Translations under genes and position numbers: made by a program
Assembly: GCF_000020225.1 (NCBI RefSeq)
Contig: NC_010655.1
Span: forward strand, 630,001 to 662,000
Reading direction: 5' to 3'
Source: Akkermansia muciniphila ATCC BAA-835
Lineage (GTDB): Bacteria > Verrucomicrobiota > Verrucomicrobiia > Verrucomicrobiales > Akkermansiaceae
Length of the DNA: 32,000 nt
Shown: piece by piece, positions 17,742 to 24,454 of the stretch
Layout: the number at the start of each line of letters is the position of its first letter
How positions within the stretch are numbered: the stretch's first letter is position 1
Notes under the pieces: generated by a model
Seen by the model: the letters and a program-made list of their open reading frames with translations, nothing else
Databases searched by the model: none
Told to the model about the DNA's origin: nothing

Positions 17742-18248
17742 TTATTCAGCCTTGGTTGCAGGAGAGGAATTCTTGGCAGGCAGTACGGCAAAGATCACTT
17801 TGACTACGCCGCATTCCGCAGCCGCGCGGATTACTTCCCGGGAGCCTTTGAACAGAGCCTGCTGGTCACCGCGCAGATAGAGACGCGTTTCAAAATCCTG
17901 CTTGTCCTTGAAGCGTTCCGCAAGGTTTTTGATGTATTCCTTGAGTTCATCAAAGGAATTGAGCGGAGTGCCTACGTCGGAGGACCAGAGAACGCTGGGA
18001 TCTACGCCGGGCGGCCGCTTACCCGCACCTTCCCCATAAACATTCACCACAATGCAGCCGTTGGCGGATTTCACTTCACCGGAGCTGCTGGCCGTGGGCA
18101 TCTGAATGTTCTTATCCTTTTTAACGGTAATGGCCGTAGCGTTCACCACGAAGAAAATCAACAGGAGGAAAACCATGTCGATCATGGGGGACATATCCAT
18201 TTCCCCATTTTCTTCTTCAGGCGCTACATTAGCTTTTTTCTTACCCAT
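17742..18248 (-). CDS. exbD: ExbD/TolR-family biopolymer transport protein (paralogue 1)
   Basis: 168 aa with a TM helix carrying the conserved Asp (SPMIDMVFLLLIFFVV). It lies downstream of exbB. Confidence 0.85.
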   Translation of the reverse strand: MGKKKANVAPEEENGEMDMSPMIDMVFLLLIFFVVNATAITVKKDKNIQMPTASSSGEVKSANGCIVVNVYGEGAGKRPPGVDPSVLWSSDVGTPLNSFDELKEYIKNLAERFKDKQDFETRLYLRGDQQALFKGSREVIRAAAECGVVKVIFAVLPAKNSSPATKAE

Positions 18249-18326
18249 AAGCTACATTTTGTTGAGGTTCTCCGGCCCGGTTCCGACTGAGCGGACGCTT
18301 CCGGGCCGGACCGCCTGTTCCGGCAA

Positions 18327-19118
18327 TCAGGCCAGGCCTTCGGGGATGCGGGCAAGCTGGGCTTCGGCATTCACCACGTTGATGGAGGTGTTCACCATTT
18401 CCTGCACAGTGCCCACACATTCGGCAATCTGGGCGTTGGCAATGCCCTTCTGGAAGAAGAAGAACGGAGTGGCGATAATGGCGTTGATCAATCCCCAGAA
18501 CGTTGTCAGAAGAGCCACGGAAATGTCACCGGCCAGCTGGGTGGGGTCCGCCTGGCCGGCGGTAGCCAGCGTCCCGAACGCGCCCACCATCCCCTGCACC
18601 GTCCCGAACAGGCCGAGCATGGGAGAAATCTGCGCGCAAAGGGCCAGCATGTTGATCCATTTGAACACGGAACGGCTTTCATTGGCCGTAAAGTCGGCCA
18701 CGGCGTCTTCAATAGCATCTTTGCCGAGGTCTTCCGGACGGGTAGCGTCCACATTCGGCAGGGCGTAGGCAACCAGACGGCCCAAATAGGTGGGACTGCC
18801 GGCCGCAACTTCAATGGCGGACCGGATGCGGCATTCGGCCATCAGCTGCAACAGAGTGACCTTGAGATCTTCCGGGCAGAATTTTTCCTTTTTCAGGGCT
18901 ACCATGTTGTAAATCACCAGGAAAATGATGAAAGCTTCCACCAGCATAATCGGAATCATGGTCCAACCACCGGCGATGATCCATTTGTCAAGCATGGTCT
19001 GTTCCTGCGGGGCAACGGCTTCGGCGGCTTCCTGAGCGAAAGCGGATGTAGAAAACGCAGCCATCAGGACGGAAGCAAATGCAACGAAACGGAAACCCAG
19101 TCTAAAAAGGTTCTTCAT
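18327..19118 (-). CDS. exbB: MotA/TolQ/ExbB-family proton channel protein
   Basis: 263 aa with an N-terminal signal-like segment MKNLFRLGFRFVAFASVLMAAFSTSAFAQ. Channel helices ISPMLGLFGTVQGMVGAF and VALLTTFWGLINAII are present. Confidence 0.88.
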   Translation of the reverse strand: MKNLFRLGFRFVAFASVLMAAFSTSAFAQEAAEAVAPQEQTMLDKWIIAGGWTMIPIMLVEAFIIFLVIYNMVALKKEKFCPEDLKVTLLQLMAECRIRSAIEVAAGSPTYLGRLVAYALPNVDATRPEDLGKDAIEDAVADFTANESRSVFKWINMLALCAQISPMLGLFGTVQGMVGAFGTLATAGQADPTQLAGDISVALLTTFWGLINAIIATPFFFFQKGIANAQIAECVGTVQEMVNTSINVVNAEAQLARIPEGLA

Positions 19119-19210
19119 AATTTAAGTTATATGGTTGTTCGAAAAGATACTGGTGTATTAAAGCATGCAAATTCAGACTTGCAAGCATCATTTTAGACCC
19201 TGTAAAAAAT

Positions 19211-19849
19211 TCAGACGCCTGCGCAGCCGCTCTCCCGGGCCAGCCGGCTGCAGATGGGGCAGCGCCCCCCGCATCCCCGCGCAGGGCAATATTCACGACC
19301 GTACAAGACAATACGCAGATGAAGATCTCCCCACAATTTTTCAGGGAAAAGGCTTTTCAAATCGCGTTCCACGGCTTCCACCGTTTTTCCCGTGCTCAGC
19401 CCCCACAGCCGTGAAAGGCGGAAAATGTGGGTATCCACCGGAAAGGCGGGAACGCCAAAGGCCTGAACCATGACGACGGAAGCCGTTTTATGCCCCACCC
19501 CCGGAAGAGACTCCAGAGCAGCAAAGTCGCAAGGAACCTTTCCCTCATATTTTTCCACCAGGATGCGGCTGAGGTTCACGATGGCGGATGCCTTCCTTTC
19601 CGAGAGGCCGCAGGGCCTCACAATTTCCCGGACCGCTTCCACATCCTGCCGGGCCATTTCCTCCGGGGTGGAGGCCAGGGCAAACAGAGCAGGGGTCACC
19701 AGATTCACCCGCTTGTCCGTACACTGGGCAGACAAGAGAACCGCCACCAGCAGCGTGTAAGCGTCGCGGTGCACCAGGGGAATGGGAGGAGCCCCGTACA
19801 GGGACATGAGTTCCTCCTGGACAATGGAAGCCCGTTTTTCCGTATTCAT
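19211..19849 (-). CDS. nth: Endonuclease III (DNA-(apurinic/apyrimidinic site) lyase / glycosylase)
   Basis: Motifs LLVAVLLSAQCTD, the HhH-GPD motif LPGVGHKTASVV and VDTHIFR. A C-terminal Cys cluster CPARGCGGRCPIC...C is present. Confidence 0.9.
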   Translation of the reverse strand: MNTEKRASIVQEELMSLYGAPPIPLVHRDAYTLLVAVLLSAQCTDKRVNLVTPALFALASTPEEMARQDVEAVREIVRPCGLSERKASAIVNLSRILVEKYEGKVPCDFAALESLPGVGHKTASVVMVQAFGVPAFPVDTHIFRLSRLWGLSTGKTVEAVERDLKSLFPEKLWGDLHLRIVLYGREYCPARGCGGRCPICSRLARESGCAGV

Positions 19850-19881
19850 GCCGCCAGATTACCACTCCGCCCGCACGGCGG

Positions 19882-19918
19882 AAAATAAAAAAGCGCCGCC
19901 ATGCAGCGATGGCGGCGC
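19882..19918 (-). terminator. Rho-independent terminator after the 3D-domain lipoprotein gene
   Basis: Perfect 10-bp stem GCGCCGCCAT(19893-19902)/ATGGCGGCGC(19909-19918). On the minus strand it is followed by UUUUUUAUUUU. Confidence 0.8.
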
Positions 19919-19936
19919 CGGGATGGAAAACATGGG

Positions 19937-20608
19937 TCAGTCGGCCTTGGCGTAAAACCCCTTGGAAACGCGGTGCTGCAGGGCCGCATACATGGCGCGG
20001 CAGTGCCTGTAGCCGCGACGGCTACCGAGCACCTCCAGACTGTTGGCGGGATCTCCCCAGCGGACGATAGTCAGTTCCACATAACGGCGGCCCCATTCCT
20101 TCATCAGCTTTTTGTTGGGCTGGTAAATATCAATGGTTCCGGTTCCGACCAGGGCGCTTCCGTAATCATCAACAACGTAAAGGTAGGGCTGGCCCTTGAT
20201 GCGGAAAGTAGTCCCCAAGGGATAAACGGACCAGTCTGCAGCGGCGCTGCGGACGGAAGACGTGTATTTCAGCGCCGTACCGACGGCATTCCGGGGGCCA
20301 TAGGCCAAATGGTCTCGTTCGGAATGGGTATAAGCCGTGGTGCGCACTACGCGGGTGCGCTGGGCGGGATGATAAAACGGCATCTTGTGCTTGTCGCGCC
20401 CCAACTTGGGAAGTTTGGAAGAAGGCGCTGCCGAACGACTGGGTGCCAGGGGCTGGACGAATCCCTGGGCAGTTTCACCTACACGGGCCAAAACAAGAGC
20501 GTCACTACTGGATTTCCCCATGCCGGTTACAGCGCCGTTTGTCGAACAGCTGCTGACAAACATGGCCGCGACGGCACAAGACAGGGTGGCAATTATTCTT
20601 AAATTCAT
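19937..20608 (-). CDS. Lipoprotein with a C-terminal 3D (MltA/Rpf/YuiC-like) domain, putative cell-wall glycosidase
   Basis: Lipobox FVSSC after MNLRIIATLSCAVAAM. The 3D-domain pattern is VRTTAYTHSE...AADWSVYPLGTTFRIKG...YVVDDYGSALVGTGTIDIY. Confidence 0.75.
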   Translation of the reverse strand: MNLRIIATLSCAVAAMFVSSCSTNGAVTGMGKSSSDALVLARVGETAQGFVQPLAPSRSAAPSSKLPKLGRDKHKMPFYHPAQRTRVVRTTAYTHSERDHLAYGPRNAVGTALKYTSSVRSAAADWSVYPLGTTFRIKGQPYLYVVDDYGSALVGTGTIDIYQPNKKLMKEWGRRYVELTIVRWGDPANSLEVLGSRRGYRHCRAMYAALQHRVSKGFYAKAD

Positions 20609-20819
20609 GCGGTACGAGGTTAGGCGCCATACACATGGCAGTCACTCCGGCAAAACCTTCAGGCCATGTGCGGAAGCCGGAAAATCGGCAACGGCGGCTC
20701 TTGGGTACGAAATAATCCCTGCCTTGGCAACCCTTTTTTTCCGCCCACCCCCTCCCAAACAAGGAAAACCTATTAAGATAAATTACTAAAAATAAACAAT
20801 ATATAAAACATGCCGCATT

Positions 20820-20838
20820 TTTGTCATATCATGACAAA
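20820..20838. promoter_or_regulatory. Perfect 8-3-8 palindrome, candidate operator overlapping a candidate -35 element
   Basis: TTTGTCAT-ATC-ATGACAAA lies in the AT-rich core. On the minus strand, ATGACA (20827-20822), a 17-nt spacer and ATATAT (20804-20799) make a plausible promoter facing the 3D-lipoprotein gene. Confidence 0.3.
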
Positions 20839-21510
20839 TAATATACTTTCCGAAATACTTTTTTCTATCACATCACAACACGCTTTTTTATTTTTATCAT
20901 ATTTCATTTATAATAAATAATTTACACACAAAAAAACGCACAATCCCTCAAAAAATATTCCCTGAAAAAGTTCCAGGGGTTGTACTCCGCAAAGGCGTCA
21001 TGAGCAAGAAAAACGCGTCTCCCGTTGAACGGATTTCCCTCTGCCGTTCAAGGTTTCACGCGAATCCTAATCGACTCCTTGCCATATCCGCATTTTCACA
21101 GCCCTTCCATGCGGCAGAATGAAGGGCTCAGGAAGAGGTTGGTGAGAACATACCCTTATAAGGGGAAACCGGAAAAGTCCGGATTCTGCCGGGTAATGTT
21201 CCCGCCGCAGAAATGCGCTATGGGAAAAGATGCGCAGGCCCGGTTGAAAAAAAGGGCTCCCCACCCTTGCCGCTGTCTTCCAAATTCTGGATAACGCTCA
21301 TACCAGAAAAGCATATCCAGCCGGAGAAAAAACTTTCCCCTCCGTTTAGCGGCATCTGCCGCGGGAAGGGAGCTCTTATGGAATTTTCTTCTTTCCCATT
21401 CCCTTCCGGGCGGCCTTCCATAAGAGTCCCCGGCGTTTCACCCGGCAGACAGGCACATACCGAATGGGCTGTTGCATCCATCCGGAAATAGATTACACTC
21501 CGGAACGAAC

Positions 21511-22485
21511 ATGTCCGCCGGCCTTCCCCAACACCTCACGCTGGATTATCTGCGCGCCCTGCTATCCCGGGGCGTGGAGAAAACCACCGTCACGGAGGAA
21601 GCCAGAATGGTCCTGAGAAAATGGGTCATGGACGCGCGCCGGATATCCGGAAGCCCCCTCCCCGCTTCCGTTTACGCCAAGCCTGCCGCAAATGAAACAC
21701 GGCCGAAACAGCCCACCCCGGAGCAGACGCCTCCAGATTCCGTGGATGAAGCATCCTTCGGCAATGAACTCCGGGATATCCTCAACGGAGTACAGCCGCA
21801 CAGAACGGAGGAGGATGCTCCGGTACCCCGCCATATTTCCTTTGATCTGGAAGGTGAAACGGAGGAAGAAAAACTGTCCTCCCTGCGGGAGCTGGTCGTT
21901 AACTGGCCGCCGCTCCGGAACATGGATTCCTTGAGGGAAACGCCCGTGTTTTCCTCCGGCAATCCCAGGGCGGACATCATGATGGTAACGGACGCCCCCG
22001 GCCTGTATGAAGAAAAACAGGGGGTTCCCCTGGCCGGGCCTTCCGGACAAAAGCTGGACGCCATGCTGAAAGCCATGGGGCTTTCCCGTTCCGATATTTA
22101 TCTGACCCATCTGGTCAAATACCGTCCGGCCCTCCCCCGGCAGCTTACCAATAACCGCCCGCCTACAGACCGGGAGATAGAAATTTCCCTGCCCATTCTC
22201 CGGGAGGAAATTATGCTGGTGCGCCCGAAAGTAGTGGTGGCCCTGGGAGCAATCTCCGCCCGCGGCATCCTCCAGTCAGGAGAGACGCCTCTTTCCGCCC
22301 TGAGAGGCACCTTCCACACAGCTTTCAACACGCCCGTGCGCGTTACTTACAATCCCAGTTATCTTCTCCGCACGGAAGATATTTCAGAAAAGCGAAAGGT
22401 TTGGGAGGATATGCTGTGTGTCATGGAACAGGCAGGCCTGCCCATCTCCGAAAAACAACGTTCCTATTTCCTGCCCAAAAAGTAA
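21511..22485 (+). CDS. Uracil-DNA glycosylase superfamily protein, family-4-like but lacking the Fe-S cysteines, with an N-terminal extension of about 150 aa
   Basis: ATG 21511 (MSAGLPQHL...). Family-4-like blocks are VFSSGNPRADIMMVTDAPG, GVPLAGPSGQKLDAMLKAMGL, IYLTHLVKYRP and VTYNPSYLLR. Confidence 0.75.
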   Translation: MSAGLPQHLTLDYLRALLSRGVEKTTVTEEARMVLRKWVMDARRISGSPLPASVYAKPAANETRPKQPTPEQTPPDSVDEASFGNELRDILNGVQPHRTEEDAPVPRHISFDLEGETEEEKLSSLRELVVNWPPLRNMDSLRETPVFSSGNPRADIMMVTDAPGLYEEKQGVPLAGPSGQKLDAMLKAMGLSRSDIYLTHLVKYRPALPRQLTNNRPPTDREIEISLPILREEIMLVRPKVVVALGAISARGILQSGETPLSALRGTFHTAFNTPVRVTYNPSYLLRTEDISEKRKVWEDMLCVMEQAGLPISEKQRSYFLPKK

Positions 22486-22488
22486 TAT

Positions 22489-23274
22489 ATGGATTATTTA
22501 AACAGTATTCTGGAGCGCAAACGCGCCGATTTGAAAAAACTTCTTCCCCTGGAAGGAAAATTACGGGCCTCCGCCATCCAGCGGAACGACTACGCGGGAT
22601 TCCGCACCGCGGCGGACCTTGGGGAAACCCGCCTCTCCGTAATTCCGGAGATATCCAGGGTACATCCCGCCCTCCGCCTCCGGGAAGCAGCCCAGGATAT
22701 CCGGCACATGTACGGCATGTTCCTCCAGGGCGGAGCGCAGGGCATTTCCATCGCTGTGGAACCGGAAGTATACGGCGGGTCATGGGACATGGTTTCCACT
22801 GTTTCCAGAATCAGTTCCATTCCCGTCATGGCGCGCGACGTGTTCATTCATCCCGCCATGATCTGCCAGGCCATCGTCTCGGGGGCGGATGCCGTCAATC
22901 TGGTGGCGGCCGCCCTGCCGGCAAAGGATTTGTCGGAGCTGTACCGCATGGCTTCCGGGCTGGGATTGGACGTGATGATGGAGGTCCATACCCTGAAGGA
23001 GCTTGAAACCGTCATGGATCTGGAAGCGGAATTCATCTGCATCAACAATGCAGACCCGCACACTCTCCAGGCCAATCCTGCAGTCACGGAGAAACTCATT
23101 GAAGAAATACCCGCCTCCGTCACTGTCCTGTCCGCAGGGGGCATCCGCACCGTGGAAGACGCGCGCCGCATGCTGGACGCAGGAGCCAATGGCGTCCTTC
23201 TCCAAGACGAACTTGCCCGCATGGATATTCCCCAGGATTTCATGGAGGCCATTCTGGCTCTCCGGACGGACTGA
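22489..23274 (+). CDS. trpC: Indole-3-glycerol-phosphate synthase (TrpC) fold protein, divergent at catalytic positions
   Basis: 261 aa that is collinear with TrpC: ILERKRADL, SVIPEISRVHPA (in place of IIAExKKASPS), GISIAVE, PVMARDVFI (in place of ILxKDFI), MMEVHT, ICINNAD and LSAGGI (in place of SESGI). The ATG lies 3 nt after the UDG-like stop. Confidence 0.7.
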   Translation: MDYLNSILERKRADLKKLLPLEGKLRASAIQRNDYAGFRTAADLGETRLSVIPEISRVHPALRLREAAQDIRHMYGMFLQGGAQGISIAVEPEVYGGSWDMVSTVSRISSIPVMARDVFIHPAMICQAIVSGADAVNLVAAALPAKDLSELYRMASGLGLDVMMEVHTLKELETVMDLEAEFICINNADPHTLQANPAVTEKLIEEIPASVTVLSAGGIRTVEDARRMLDAGANGVLLQDELARMDIPQDFMEAILALRTD

Positions 23275-23426
23275 GTTTCCACTCCCTCTATATTATCATA
23301 GAAAAACATCTGCATCCGCATGGGGAAATGCGGGGCTGAAGAGATTGTCCCGTCCACTGCGGCAGGGCTTCGCGACCTGAGCTCCGTATCCGCCGCGTTT
23401 CCTTCCCGCCTTTCCCTGCCGTCTTT

Positions 23427-23882
23427 TCATGAAGCGGGCAAATCCTTCGCCCCGAATGCTCCGCGGATATGTCTGAATTCCGGAGGCATCCCTTCCCTGT
23501 ACAGGACTTCCACAACATCGTAACGGGAATTCACCGGTTCCGGAAGCAGGCGAAGCCATTCCGCCGCTCCCCGGCGTATCAGCGCCCTTTTACGGGCATT
23601 CACAGCGCGGCGGGCACCTCCATAACCATTCCCCGTACGGGTTTTCACCTCCACAAAAACCAGGCACTCCCCTTCCCGGCACACAATGTCCAGCTCTCCG
23701 CCTCTGACGGGACGCCAGTTTCTCCTCAGGATAACGCACCCTTCCGCACGCAGGAAGGAGGCCGCAGCCAGTTCCCCGTACATTCCCAGCCATGCCGTAT
23801 CCCGCTTACCCCTGCTCAGGGATGGACAGTTCCATTTGTGAAACCGGCGCAAACGAGCGGCGATGGAGCGGACAGGGCCCAT
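23427..23882 (-). CDS. yraN: YraN-family (UPF0102) predicted endonuclease
   Basis: Motifs [42 protein letters not shown] and RYDVVEV. The start is uncertain: ATG 23882 (77-nt overlap with rnhB), TTG 23852 or ATG 23783. Confidence 0.75.
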   Translation of the reverse strand: MGPVRSIAARLRRFHKWNCPSLSRGKRDTAWLGMYGELAAASFLRAEGCVILRRNWRPVRGGELDIVCREGECLVFVEVKTRTGNGYGGARRAVNARKRALIRRGAAEWLRLLPEPVNSRYDVVEVLYREGMPPEFRHIRGAFGAKDLPAS

Positions 23883-24450
23883 GCCGCCGCAGAGCTTCCA
23901 TGTGGGCTTTTGTGCCATATCCCTTGTGTTTTGCAAAACCATACTGCGGGTAGGAAGCGTCCGCTTCCATCATCATGCGGTCCCTCGTCACCTTGGCTAG
24001 AACGCTGGCGGCGGCTATGGAAAGGCTCCTGCCGTCCCCCTTTACAATGGCGCGGTGCGGCACAGGAAGCCCCTTGACAGGCAATCCATCCACCAGGCAG
24101 AAATCTGCACGCAGGGCCAGACCTTCCACCGCACGCGCCATCGCCAGATGAGTGGCCCTCAAAATGTTGAACCGGTCTATTTCTTCCACGGAAGCCACTC
24201 CTACGGAACACACCGCCTGTTCACACTCCAAAAGAGCCAGAAACAGGCGTTCCCTTTTTGCTGCGGTCAACTGCTTGGAATCGTTCAAACCGGTTAACTC
24301 CTCCGCCAGAACAGGCAAAATAACGGCGCCGGCTACCACGGGACCGGCCAACGGCCCGCGCCCGGCCTCATCCACTCCAGCCACGCAAAGAAAACCGGAG
24401 GCCCGGGCCTCCATCTCAAAACTCATATCCGGATGCGGTTTTTCCTTCAT
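23806..24450 (-). CDS. rnhB: Ribonuclease HII
   Basis: Motifs [24 protein letters not shown] and CLVDG. The start lies 4 nt after the stop of the upstream CBS gene. Confidence 0.92.
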   Translation of the reverse strand: MKEKPHPDMSFEMEARASGFLCVAGVDEAGRGPLAGPVVAGAVILPVLAEELTGLNDSKQLTAAKRERLFLALLECEQAVCSVGVASVEEIDRFNILRATHLAMARAVEGLALRADFCLVDGLPVKGLPVPHRAIVKGDGRSLSIAAASVLAKVTRDRMMMEADASYPQYGFAKHKGYGTKAHMEALRRHGPCPLHRRSFAPVSQMELSIPEQG

Positions 24451-24454
24451 GGCG

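Noticed and set aside
20609-20630. An 11-nt match, CUAACCUCGUA, to the remembered 3' strand of the ydaO/c-di-AMP riboswitch, directly upstream of the 3D-domain gene.
   Set aside because: I do not call it a riboswitch because I could not align the remaining conserved ydaO elements or a matching P1/pseudoknot partner (no ACGAGG-ACC segment). It is retained only as a prompt for a covariance-model search; see the leader finding.
21157-21210. AAGGGGAAACCGGAAAAGUCCGG...CCCGCCGCAG resembles the cobalamin-riboswitch core (AAGGGAA-CCGGUGAGAAUCCGG-...CCCGCCACUG). GGAAAAGUCCGG also resembles RNase P CR-I (GGAAAGUCCGGGC).
   Set aside because: I could find no B12 box (AGCCAGGAGACCUGCC-like). The CUGCCGGG...CCCGCCGCAG segment folds as a simple hairpin instead of the riboswitch junction, and the downstream gene is not B12-related. 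For RNase P, the near-invariant CR-I has an extra A here, and CR-IV/CR-V (ACAGAAxxCGGCUUA) are absent.
21218-21481. An 87-aa minus-strand ORF, together with overlapping 89- and 92-aa plus-strand ORFs.
   Set aside because: These ORFs have no motifs. They contain several codons that are rare in this window (ATA, AGA, CTA, TCA, GTA), and the frames run through strong hairpins.
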